A stretch of 64,000 nt of DNA from Azolla caroliniana (Eukaryota > Plantae > Polypodiophyta), in contig JBHGNT010000021.1 in NCBI GenBank assembly GCA_043228905.1, positions 3,596,001 through 3,660,000 of the forward strand. The letters are read 5' to 3'. Under the pieces are notes generated by a model. It was not told where the DNA came from. It did no database searches and was given only the letters and a program-made list of their open reading frames with translations. The position numbers and the translations under genes were made by a program. Below are positions 1 through 10,188 of this stretch, piece after piece. Each line of letters begins with the position of its first letter. Position 1 is the stretch's first letter.

Positions 1-2402
1 CTCTCCGGAGGTTGCGACAGTCTCTCGGATCGTCGAGGTATGATTGGACTGGTCGCATCGGGTATCGTGGTCGGATGGTCCGAAACCGAATCATTCGGCT
101 GTGCCGAGTCAGAGTTGTCCGAGTCGGTAGTATAAGGGTCAGCTACCCGTGAAGCTGACCGTGTGTTGAGAGCGGGGCCTTCTTGAAGGGTCGGCACATC
201 GGAGAATGTTACCCTTCGGACTTCGATCGGTTTGTCGACCGATGGATTCATAGCCGACTCGTTGAACACAACGTCCGAACTTCGAACGATTTGTCTGCGT
301 TCGGGGTCCCAGAGTCGGTATCCCATTTCGCCGTCTGATCCATATCCAAGGAAAATGCATTTCCTGGACCGAGGTGCAAGTTTTCGGCGATCATCTTTCG
401 GAATAAGGGCGTACGCCTCGCATCCGAAGATCCTCAGCTTGTCGTAATTCGGCTTGCTGCCGATCCATAATTCCTGAGGAATTTGAAGTCCTAGAGGTCT
501 ACTTGGCGACATATTGATTATGTGTACTGCCGTGAGTAGAGCCTCTGCCCAGAAGCCATCCGACAGTCCGGAGTGTTGGAGCATGGAAACTGTCCGTTCT
601 TGGATTGTCCGATTCATTCGTTCTGCAATCCCGTTTTGCTCCGGACTGTGTGGTGCCGTAAGTTCACGTCGGATGCCGCGTTGTCGGCAGAATTTGACGA
701 ATTCTTCGGATTTAAACTCTCCCCCATTGTCTGTCCGAAAGCATTTCAGCTTTCGGTCGGTTTGATTTTCCACCATAGCGAGCCAATCTGAAAAGATCGA
801 GAAGACACGATCTTTGGTGCGAATTGGATACGCCCACACCTTTCGAGTCGAGTCGTCAATGAAAGTGACGAAGTAAGATGCACCGCCTAGAGACTGATGC
901 GGCATTGGGCCGCAGACGTCCGAGTGGACCAAATCGAGAGGTCTCGTTTCTCTTGGTGCTGATGTCGGGTGTGATGCGGCGGCTTGTTTGCCATACTGGC
1001 AATGCTCGCAGAATTGATGGTCGGAGAAGGAGAGTTTGGGGATGTATCCGGCTCTAGATAGATGCGTGATGCCGGCCTTGCTGAGGTGTCCCAATCGTCG
1101 GTGCCATAGTGATGACACAGGAATATCCACCAAAAACAGGTTACCCTCTCTGAGCGTAACATGTAACGGATACAGTGAGTGTATCTTGGGTCCTCTAGCA
1201 AGCAGGAGGTTCCCCCTGTGGAGTGTCCACCCTCCCGAAGAGAAACCGGCACGAATGCCGTCTTCATCTAGTTGTCCGACTGAGATCAATGGCCTTGAGA
1301 GCTCGGGTACATGTCGGACATTGTGGAGTACAAGTGTAGAGCCACCTGCAAGGTTGAGCTCTACTGTGCCGATTCCGATGATGTCACAGTGTTGTGAGTT
1401 GCCGACCCGAACTGAGTCGGAGTGACGGATCGTATATTGCCGAAATTGGGATCGATGAGGAGTCACGTGAAATGACGCGCCCGAATCTAAGAGCCATGTG
1501 CTCGATTCTTCAGTCGTGAGCAGAACTTCTGAGCCGACTGGATTTTCGATTGATAGTATATTCGGGTCGTCTGGTAGCACATCAGCTGAGAAGCTGACGT
1601 AATTGATCTCCTCATGCCGGCCACTCTTCTTGTTGTTCTTGTTCTTGAGTGCGCGGCAGTCGGCTTTGATGTGTCCGGGTTTCTTGCAATAGTTGCAGAT
1701 TCGGTTATCCCGTGACTGGCTCCGTCTTCGCTGATTGTTCGGCGGTCGTGAGGAATCTCTTCCTCGTATGTTTGATCGGTCTGTCGAACCTTGTACTACG
1801 TAGGCGTCGTCTGTTGAGTCTTTGGCGAAAGACTTTCTCCGAGCTGCTTCGGTCAGGATTGCGCTCGTGACTTCGGAGTATTTAACAGCCGTGGTTGACG
1901 CGTTGCACACGGTTGTGACGAAAGTTTCCCATGATGGGGGAAGGCTGCTCATGAGTATCATTGCTCTGAGTTCATCCTCGATTGCCGTCCCCTGTGACGA
2001 GATTTGGGAGCTTATGCTTTCGTACTCATTGAGGTGTGCTTGGACCGAGTCGGATTCTTTCATCCGCAAGTTGTAGAGGCGCCGGATCAGAAACATTTTC
2101 GTTGCGGCGACCTTCTTTTCGTAAGTGTCCGACAGTGTTTTCCACAGTTCGAATGCTGTTGTACACGATTGCACCGTGAAGTATACCGATTCCGATAGGT
2201 GCATCCGAATCGTGGCGCGGACGATTCTGTCCAGCTTCTGCCACTCAATTGGTTTGTATCCTTCTGGAGGTTCTTCATTTTCGATGGGATCGATTTGCCC
2301 CTTGACTATGAGATAGTCCTGCATTTGTTCCTTCCAGAAGTTGAAGTTCGATCCATCGAACTTGCGTAGACTCATTTCTGACGAGCCGGATGTTGATGCC
2401 AT
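1..2402 (-). CDS. Copia gag-pol polyprotein (gag, zinc knuckle, protease, integrase), open to the window edge
   Basis: Manual translation from ATG 2402 gives KFDGSNFNFWK, CNYCKKPGHIKADC, WLLDSGASFH, LWHRRLGH, LVHSDVCGP, FIDDSTRK, RTDNGGEF, PEQNGIAERMNRT and FWAEA. The ORF track lists no stop-terminated ORF in this frame, consistent with no internal stop. Confidence 0.9.
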   Translation of the reverse strand, partial: MASTSGSSEMSLRKFDGSNFNFWKEQMQDYLIVKGQIDPIENEEPPEGYKPIEWQKLDRIVRATIRMHLSESVYFTVQSCTTAFELWKTLSDTYEKKVAATKMFLIRRLYNLRMKESDSVQAHLNEYESISSQISSQGTAIEDELRAMILMSSLPPSWETFVTTVCNASTTAVKYSEVTSAILTEAARRKSFAKDSTDDAYVVQGSTDRSNIRGRDSSRPPNNQRRRSQSRDNRICNYCKKPGHIKADCRALKNKNNKKSGRHEEINYVSFSADVLPDDPNILSIENPVGSEVLLTTEESSTWLLDSGASFHVTPHRSQFRQYTIRHSDSVRVGNSQHCDIIGIGTVELNLAGGSTLVLHNVRHVPELSRPLISVGQLDEDGIRAGFSSGGWTLHRGNLLLARGPKIHSLYPLHVTLREGNLFLVDIPVSSLWHRRLGHLSKAGITHLSRAGYIPKLSFSDHQFCEHCQYGKQAAASHPTSAPRETRPLDLVHSDVCGPMPHQSLGGASYFVTFIDDSTRKVWAYPIRTKDRVFSIFSDWLAMVENQTDRKLKCFRTDNGGEFKSEEFVKFCRQRGIRRELTAPHSPEQNGIAERMNRTIQERTVSMLQHSGLSDGFWAEALLTAVHIINMSPSRPLGLQIPQELWIGSKPNYDKLRIFGCEAYALIPKDDRRKLAPRSRKCIFLGYGSDGEMGYRLWDPERRQIVRSSDVVFNESAMNPSVDKPIEVRRVTFSDVPTLQEGPALNTRSASRVADPYTTDSDNSDSAQPNDSVSDHPTTIPDATSPIIPRRSERLSQPPE

Positions 2403-2965
2403 CAAATTCGGTTTCGTTTGACGAAGCTCGGTTCGGAGTTGACTACGAACCTTGTTGGAGTGCAGCCGGTAGGCTCACCCGATATCGTTCTAGTCGAATT
2501 TGAACCCGAGTCGGTTCGGCTTCGGAACTTGCTCGAATTGACTCCGGTAGCTTGAGGGACAGAGCCGACTGGTCTTCCCGAATGTTGCCGAGTCGGAGTG
2601 AGCCCGGTTCGCTTCGGATATATATGCCGAATACCGATTATTAAAACCGATTATCTGGGCCGATTTTGCTTCGGTTGACTGCAGCGACGAGAGAGATGGA
2701 TCCGACTGATCCTCCCGAATGTCGATCAGCCAGATGAAGCACGAATTTGGGTTGTTGTCAAAGTTGCACAAGGGGATTTCACCTCGAGCGGTTACGATCA
2801 CAAGGGACAGAGTACGACCTGCTGGCTTACTCCAAGCAAGAGGATCTAACGCAATGAGATGCAAACCTGGTTTTTTTTTTCTTCTTCTCTCTTCTTCGAA
2901 TGACGCAGGAAACCGAATGCAGAGACGACGGCCGACAGCGGATTGAAGGACCGACTACTGTGCAG

Positions 2966-2977
2966 GCTCTGATACCA
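2966..2977 (-). promoter_or_regulatory. Primer-binding site for tRNA-iMet (TGGTATCAGAGC)
   Basis: The + strand reads gctctgatacca, 2 bp from the LTR end. Confidence 0.95.
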
Positions 2978-2979
2978 GA

Positions 2980-3262
2980 TGTTGGAAGCAATGTCGTCTG
3001 TGCGGAAGATCGAGAAGCACTCGATTCCTGTTTATTCCCTGTGTATGACAGAATGTAGGTCGTTGCACAGAGAGAGAGAGAGAGAGAGAGACACAAAAGA
3101 CTTTCTATTACACAAAGCAACAATACAACAGCCAACCTTACAAAGAGGTTACAAGGTCACTATATATAGTGACCGACTTAGGGCAACTACCCTTTATGCT
3201 AATTACATAAATGGCCAAAACGGGATAGTGTGAATACGTCCATTATACACATGTATTCGACA
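2980..3262 (-). repeat. Copia 5' LTR (283 bp) with an internal (AG)n tract
   Basis: TGTTGGA...TTCGACA imperfect terminal inverted repeat, adjacent PBS, and an abrupt switch to Gypsy pol at 3263. Confidence 0.85.
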
Positions 3263-6200
3263 GGCGGGTTCCTACTGCCGGCGGAAGAAGACCGGTTTCA
3301 GAGAATGCTCGGAAGGCACGGGAAAGCCTTCGCATTCTCGCCGGGGGAGATCGGGTGCGTAGACCCGACAGTCGTGAAGCCGATGGTGATATTCACGGTA
3401 CCGCATGTGCCTTGGAATCTCAAGCCAATTTTGGTACCGAGAGCTCACATCCCGGAGCTGATGGAGCTATTGAGGCAGAAAGTTGATATGGGCATCCTCG
3501 AACCGTCGAGTGCCCCGTACTCGAACCGGTGGTTTACCGTACCGAAGAAGAACGAGACGTTGCACTTCATTCAAGACCTGCAACCGGTCAACAGAGTGAC
3601 CATTCGGAACGCAGGAATCGGACCAACGATAGACGAGTTCGCGGAGGACTTCGCCGGAAGGTCGATCTACTCGGTCGGTGATCTGTACTCGGGGTACGAC
3701 CAGTTCCAACTAGCCGTAGAGAGCAGAGACATTACGACGATGCAGACTCCTCTCGGCCTAGTGCGGATGTGTACCCTGCCACAAGGAGGGACGAACTCGG
3801 TGGCCCACATGGTGAATGCAATGAACAAGGTGCTGAGGGACTGTATCCCGGACATCACCATGCCATTCTTGGACGACATCCCGATCAAGGGATGTCCGGT
3901 GGAGGAAAAGGACGAAACGATCGGAACGGACGGATGCCGGAGATTCGTGGCGACACACATTGACGACTGCGAGAGGGTGCTGCAAAGGCTAGAGGACGCG
4001 AGGCTCACCTTCTCTGGGGAGAAATCGGCCTTCGGGCAACCAGAGATCATGGTCGTCGGACATCTATGCGGACCGTATGGCCGAAAACCGTCTCCGGCTA
4101 AGGTGGAAGCCATCTCCGCAATGAAGCGCAATTGTAACTCGGTCACGGAGGTGCGCAGGTTCTTGGGAGCATGCGCGTTCTACCACATATGGATCCCGCA
4201 TTACGCCCACGTTGCCGAGCCATTATACGGGTTGCTGAAGAAGGGGCGAAAATTCGAGTGGCGAGTCAAGCATACGGAGTCGGTCCGAAAAATGAAGGAG
4301 GCTCTTGCTGCAGCTCTGGCGCTCCGGAAGGCTGTCTACGAGAAGGGCATCCCCATCTACATAACGGTAGATACAAGCCCGACCGGGATCGGATGGGTCA
4401 TCAACCAAGAAGATGAGGACGGTATTCGGTTCCCAATCCGGTTCGGCGCGAAGGTCCTCAACGAGCGGCAGCGAGGATACGCCCAGGTTAAACGCGAGCT
4501 CTGGGGTATCGTTTTGGCGGTAAAGGCCGATAAAGACTATCTGATCGGGACAGAGGTGATTATCGAGACGGACTGCCTGTTGATTCTCGGCATGGTTTCC
4601 GGATGCGCAACCCAGACCTGGCAATGCTAAGGTGGATAGTGTACATCAAGTCCCTGGATCCGGAAATACGACACATTTCCGGGAAAGACAATGCCATGGC
4701 CAACATGCTTTCGAGGGCGCGATTTGACGACGAAGGCGGCATGGTTTCGGAGGACGAGGAAGTCGGTGTGGACTTCTTCGAGGCGGCTCACGTAACTACC
4801 GAGGGGGGGAGCACTCCAGCGCTTAACGATTTTAACGAGAGCAAGTACGATGGGGAGTGGTTGCAGATTGGAGAATTCTTAAGGACGATGACGCCGGACA
4901 CGTCATGGACAAAGGACAAGGCCAACCGGATCCGGAAGAAAGCGTACCGATTCTTTCTCCGGGACGGATACTTGTGGAAGCACCCGAAGAAGAGAAATGG
5001 CATCCCGCTCCGAGTAGTGGCGATGAAGGAGGAACAGGAGGAGTTGCTGAAGGCCTACCACGACAGCCCCTGGGCTGGACACCGTGGGACGTGGGCCACG
5101 TTCGAGAAACTAAAGGGGAAGTACTGGTGGCCGGGACTGTACCGGGACGTGCATCGGTTCGTGACGACTTGTGAGAGCTGTCAGATACACTCCATAGTCC
5201 GACATCGGGACGAGCTTCACCCTACATACCCTCCGGCCATCCACTTCAAATGGATGGTAGATTTGGTGACGATGCCGATGGGCGTAGGGCAGATGCGATA
5301 TCTGGTGCTGGCCCGGGAGGACCTGACGAACCAGGTGGAAGGCCGAGCCCTACAGAACAAAACGACAGCGGCCGTGTGTCAGTTCCTGATCGAGGACGTG
5401 ATATGCCGGTATGGGTGCGTCGGGAAGATCGTGGCTGACCGCGGGGAGTTGGACGCCGAAGAGGCCGAGGAGTTGTTCGACCGGTTAGGGGTCAAGCTCT
5501 CGCTCACCACAACGTACAATCCGGAGGCGAACGGGAAGGTGGAGCGCGGACACGGGCCGATCGTCAAAGCACTGGTCCGGGCGTGCGAAGGCCAAGTCGG
5601 GAACTGGCCACGACTGTTACCCTATGCCTTGTGGGCGGACCGAACGACGCACAATTCGGTAACCGGGTTCATGCCGTCAGAGCTCATGTTCAGATAGAAG
5701 TCGATCATGCCGATGGAACGGACGATCTCCTCTTGGGCGACAGTAGACTGGAGAGACGAGATGGGTCGGGAAGAACTGCTAGCGGCGTGTATACGGCAGC
5801 TCGAGCGGAGGCCAGAGGACGTGGAACGAGCGACGGAGAGACTTCGGACGGGGAGGATGAAGAACAAAGCCCGGTTCGACCGAACGCACCGGCTCTGACC
5901 AAAGAAAATCGAGGAAGGCAGCTGGGTGCTAGTCTACGACAGCAGCCTCGACAACCAGCACCGAGCAACACGAAAGTTTGCGAAGCGGTGGTTCGGGCCT
6001 TACGCGGTAACGAGCGCCAACGACAACGGGACGTATCACCTGGCGGAACTCGACAATACGAGGATGGCGATACCGGTAGCAGGGAAGCGGATCAAAGCGT
6101 TCAAGAAGCGCCACGACGGCGAACCGGATCTAAGAGGCCTGGACAACGACGACGAACAGTCCAAAGCGGAGGACGAACCGATGGACGAAGAACCAGAACC

Positions 6201-6279
6201 CGGACCGGTTTTCTCCAACCAGAACCCAATTTTGGCGCATACCGGTGGATGCGTGGTTAGGTGGGGGCGGCTGTCGTGA
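3263..6279 (+). pseudogene. Gypsy A pol, disrupted by a frameshift (~4610) and stops (5695, 5896)
   Basis: RT motifs DLYSGYDQF, LPQG and FLDD; RNase H motifs VDTS, Y..VKREL and IETD; INT H-H-C-C (YHDSPWAGH...CESC) and a DDE core (VDLV, ADRGE, NGKVER). Confidence 0.9.
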
Positions 6280-6922
6280 AGAAAACCGTCCCTTAGCGCA
6301 ATCGGTGCATAGCGTGCGTGAACCGGCTCTTCGCGCGTGCGCGCCCTCAATGTATATAATAGGGGATTAGGTACATAGGTATATCCTGGGTAGTTAGATT
6401 CGGTAGGTAGGAAGTAAATGAGGGAGACGGCTCCCTTTTGGACGCTATAAAGAAGAGGGAGACGCAGGGGAGAAGGGAATCGCGCATTAAGGAGGACGAA
6501 GTGTTGTCGGACCGTAACCGAACGCTTCTCCTCTGTTCGTTCTCGATCGCTCTTCTCTGCAGGGTTTCGGGAGGCTCGCGCTGCTTCGAGGAACGCTCGT
6601 GTGCTTCCGGTAGCACCTCCACCCTTTTCTCCTTTCGTGCACATACGAACAGGCATCCGCATCTGTTCGCCGACCTGTTCGGTTGTAATAGCTCGCGTGC
6701 TCTGTTGTGTATTTGTTATTCGTTAATCTACAAAAACTTGTGTCTCCCTGTTTCTGTGTCCATTCGCGTCTTCTGTGTTGACGAGTCGTGCCCCTGTGTT
6801 TCTTTGCTCGTACGTTACCGGTCGTCTTTCTCTTTCTCTTTCCCCTCCTATCACCTGCTCTTCGGTTCAAGACCCCGGTGGTCCCGCCTCGTTTCTCCAC
6901 GCACGCGCGTAACAACGCGACA
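6272..6922 (+). repeat. Gypsy A 3' LTR (651 bp)
   Basis: TGTCGTG...CGCGACA inverted ends, directly after the PPT, with TATA-like boxes at about 6353 and 6446. Confidence 0.85.
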
Positions 6923-7317
6923 GCGGGGGCATCGATGATCTTCAGATAACCGCCCATTCCTCGTTCCTGGAGCCAGGCGCGGGTTTCTGTTGAAGTGGTA
7001 AGAGGCATGGTGGAGATGGAGACGGGGTTCGACTGTGTGGAAACGTGAAGAATAGTGATGAGGCAAGAGCGAGACAGAGGAGGAACAGCAGGAAGGGGAA
7101 GTTCAGCAGAGGGGTTATGAGAGCGAAAGAGGGCTTGAGAGCAAGAGTGTTTAGCGCGATGAGAGCGAGACGGGGTTTCTGAGCTTGAGAGTGATGGAGA
7201 TGGGGAGCGATAATGAACTTTTGTGTCTGTGCTGCGTTTTGGAAACGGTTTCAGTAGCTTACTCCTAGGGTTTTGTGCCTGAAGCGAATCCTGAAGATTC
7301 TGAGTCGTGGGTGCCAT
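6923..7317 (-). CDS. Extra ORF downstream of pol in Gypsy B, truncated by insertion of Gypsy A
   Basis: ATG at 7317 (or 7008), same strand as pol, reading ...MPLTTSTETRAWLQERGMGGYLKIIDAP until the Gypsy A LTR. Confidence 0.45.
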
Positions 7318-7530
7318 AATAAGTGACTAGCACCATGTGTCCTGAAGGTGAGTGGGGTGCTTCTAGTGCTTTGCATGTGTTTAAATAGGTACTAAATGAG
7401 TGGTGGCGAGGGGTGCTCCTAAATTTGTGGGTGCCTAAGTGGGTGGTGTAGGTGTAGCTAATCTGTGGCTAAACTATGGTTAATCCTACCTACTACTACT
7501 TTTATTAATTTCAAGAAGGTGGGTGAGTCC

Positions 7531-10188
7531 TTATTCAGGGGGACACGTGGCCTCCTCCGTGGTGGTCTCCCGAAACTCATTTGTGCCGTGTGGCTCGGTA
7601 AACGGGTTGGGTGGTGTAGTGCCTCGATATGGTCGAAGTCGGAAACCATTGGCCCAGCTTTTGACAGTGTCGTCGGCGAGTGTGCCGAGCTGGAACGACC
7701 CGTTGAACTCATCGATAATCCAAAATGGACTGGTCCACCGAAATCTTAATTTTCCCGGCATAGACCCGAGTCGTGTTTGAAAAAGAAGAACCGGTTTGCC
7801 GATGGTGAGCTCCTTTTCCAGCCCGTGGCGATGTCGATCCACGAAAGCCTTGCGTTGCCGTTGGCGTTGTTCGAGTTGGGCCATACTCTCTATCCTATGT
7901 TCGCCGAGTTCGAGAAGTTGTTCCAGCCGGTATTGCTCGGATAGGGCCTCGGGGAGTCGTGCTGTGATTTGAACTCGGAGGCTCGGGACTTGGAACTCGA
8001 CGGGCATTACGGCTTCTAACCCGAACACCATTCGAAAAGGGGTTGATTGGATGCTTGTTTTGAAAGTCGTACGATACGCCCACAACACGCTCTGGAGTTT
8101 GTCGTCCCAATCGGTCCTGTTTTCATTGACGATTTTCTTCAGTATGGTTTGGAGGATTTTATTGGTCGATTCCGCCAAGCCGTTCTCCTGCGGGTAGTAT
8201 GGTGTGCTTTTCTTGTGCACCACCGCGTATTGGTGTGTAAGCTCACGTATTATATGATTGATGAAGTGCCCACCTTGATCACTAACGAGCTCAATTGGGC
8301 ATCTGTAACGGCACCAGAGGTGCTCATACACGAATTTAGCTGTGGATGCCGCCGTGTTGTCTCGGAGTGCCTTAGCCTCGACCCATTTGGTGCAGTAATC
8401 CGTGGCAACGATAATATACCTATTCCCTGTTCGGGCCGCGGGTGGTTTGAAAGGGCCTACAAAATCCAAACCCCATTTTTGAAATGGGTCCAACGGAAGA
8501 ATCGGCTGGTGTGGCATCCGTGACTGTTCCATTGGTTGCCCCAGTCGTTGGCACAAATCGCACTGCCGGCAAAACTCGTGAGCGTCTTTCTTCGTTGTCG
8601 GCCACCACAATCCACTTTGCCAAACTTTCCTTGTCGTGGAATCCCCGGCGTAGTGCCCCCCAGCTACTCCCTGGTGGGCTTCCTGAAGAACGACGTTCTT
8701 CTCGAATTGCCAAATCGCTCGGCGCCATATGCCGTCCGAGCCTTTGTGGTAGAGAATGTCCGAGATGAGGCAAAAATTCCGGCTACGCACTGCTAGGCGT
8801 TTTCTCGTGTCAAGGGTCATGTGCTCGGGAGGTACACCGATAGTGAGAAAATGGGTCATCTCCGTGATCCATTCATCTACGTTATCGTCCGGTATCGTAG
8901 TCAGGTTAAATAGGTTGGCGTCCGGTAGCTCGTCGTACGTTGTTTTCGCCGGTTCCCCTGACTCAAGGCGGCTCAAGTAGTCGGCGACGGCATGTTGTAC
9001 CCCGGGTCGATGCTGAATCTGGAAATCAAACTCTTGTAGTAGGAGCATCCACCAAGCCAACCGTCCGGTGAGGGCTTGTTTATTGGCCAAATAAAGAAGG
9101 GTCGAGTGATCCACGTGAAAGGTAAATTTTCGGCCCAAGAGGTAATGCCAAAATTTATTGATGTTATAAATCATACTGAGGGCCTCCCGCTCGGTGGTTG
9201 AGTAATTCTTTTCCACGGTCGAGAGCTGTCGGCTGGCGTAGTACACGGGCCTATACCAATTCGGGGGTGTGCATTGCATCAGGGCACTTCCGATGGCGAT
9301 GTCGGAAGCATCTACGAAGACATGAAACGGTTCGAACCAAACCGGGGATTGGACCACCGGGGCATGTGACAGCATTCGTTTCAGGGTCTGATAGGCCGTG
9401 TCCTGGATTGACGTCCATTGGAAAGGAAGGCGATGGATTGCCGCATGTAAAGGTGTCGCGAAATCGGCCAGGTGTCGTATCATTCGGCTGTGCCACCGAA
9501 TCTGTTCCAAAAAACGGCTTAGTGCCTTAGCGTTCGAGGGTGCGGTGGCATTCAGGATTGCATTTACTTTATCTGGGTCCATAGCGATGCCTTCTTGACT
9601 AACAATGTGGCCGAGAAGGTTGTCGATGATGACTAAGAACGCGCATTTCGCTGGGTTTAAACGCAATCGAGCTTGGCGACATCGGTCCAGGCAGAGTCGT
9701 AACTGGGTCATGTGTTCCCGTCGATGGTCATACACGGTGAAATCGTCGAGAAAGACTTGCATGAACGTCGGGATGTAGTCATGAAAGATTTCGGTGATGA
9801 TGCGTTGGAACGTAGCCGGCGCCGTTTTTAGACCGAACATCATAACTTCTGCTACAAAAACACCCCATTCCGTGACGAAAGCGGTTTTCTCCTGATCCTC
9901 CGGGTGCATTCTTATCTGGTTATAGCCGTTGAACCCGTCGAGGAAACTGTAGCATTCGTGGCCGGCTACCGTGTCGAGGACGCTATCCGTGAATGGGAGA
10001 GGGAAACTATCGGTGACTGTTGCCGCGTTAAGCTTCCGATAGTCGACACAGACGCGGATTTTTCCGTTCTTCTTTGGGACCACTACGATCGGGCTCAACC
10101 ACGTGGCCCGTTTAACAGGGCGAATGAAGCCCACTCGGAGTAGTTTGTCGATTTCCTCTTTGACTTTAGCGACGTAGTTGGGGTTCAT
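7531..10188 (-). CDS. Gypsy B pol: RT, RNase H, integrase (885-aa open segment)
   Basis: Motifs WLSPIVVVPKKNGKIRVCVDYRKLN, FLDGFNGYNQI, MFGLKTAPATFQR, FLDD, VDASD, NYSTTEREAL, HQG..GGH, CDLCQR, WGLDFVGP, SDQG and NGLAESTNK. Confidence 0.95.
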   Translation of the reverse strand: MNPNYVAKVKEEIDKLLRVGFIRPVKRATWLSPIVVVPKKNGKIRVCVDYRKLNAATVTDSFPLPFTDSVLDTVAGHECYSFLDGFNGYNQIRMHPEDQEKTAFVTEWGVFVAEVMMFGLKTAPATFQRIITEIFHDYIPTFMQVFLDDFTVYDHRREHMTQLRLCLDRCRQARLRLNPAKCAFLVIIDNLLGHIVSQEGIAMDPDKVNAILNATAPSNAKALSRFLEQIRWHSRMIRHLADFATPLHAAIHRLPFQWTSIQDTAYQTLKRMLSHAPVVQSPVWFEPFHVFVDASDIAIGSALMQCTPPNWYRPVYYASRQLSTVEKNYSTTEREALSMIYNINKFWHYLLGRKFTFHVDHSTLLYLANKQALTGRLAWWMLLLQEFDFQIQHRPGVQHAVADYLSRLESGEPAKTTYDELPDANLFNLTTIPDDNVDEWITEMTHFLTIGVPPEHMTLDTRKRLAVRSRNFCLISDILYHKGSDGIWRRAIWQFEKNVVLQEAHQGVAGGHYAGDSTTRKVWQSGLWWPTTKKDAHEFCRQCDLCQRLGQPMEQSRMPHQPILPLDPFQKWGLDFVGPFKPPAARTGNRYIIVATDYCTKWVEAKALRDNTAASTAKFVYEHLWCRYRCPIELVSDQGGHFINHIIRELTHQYAVVHKKSTPYYPQENGLAESTNKILQTILKKIVNENRTDWDDKLQSVLWAYRTTFKTSIQSTPFRMVFGLEAVMPVEFQVPSLRVQITARLPEALSEQYRLEQLLELGEHRIESMAQLEQRQRQRKAFVDRHRHGLEKELTIGKPVLLFQTRLGSMPGKLRFRWTSPFWIIDEFNGSFQLGTLADDTVKSWANGFRLRPYRGTTPPNPFTEPHGTNEFRETTTEEATCPPE

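Larger units (their letters stand above)
1..3262 (-). mobile_element. Ty1/Copia LTR retrotransposon, 5' half (RT/RNase H and 3' LTR lie left of the window)
   Basis: 5' LTR at 2980-3262, tRNA-iMet PBS at 2966-2977 and a gag-PR-INT ORF in Copia domain order. Confidence 0.95.
3263..6922 (+). mobile_element. Ty3/Gypsy LTR retrotransposon A, 3' part (RT-RNase H-INT, PPT, 3' LTR), interrupted by the Copia
   Basis: RT-RH-INT domain order, purine-rich tract at about 6256-6270, LTR at 6272-6922. Confidence 0.92.

Noticed and set aside
139-2316. Many short ORFs on both strands
   Set aside because: They are alternative-frame shadows of the GC-rich Copia polyprotein.
3230-3262. N-terminus of the 466-aa ORF (MNTSIIHMYST)
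   Set aside because: It is Copia LTR sequence fused by chance to Gypsy pol, not a real start.
6036-6938. 208-aa, 166-aa and 276-aa ORFs across the LTR
   Set aside because: They are read-through into non-coding LTR sequence with no recognisable domains.
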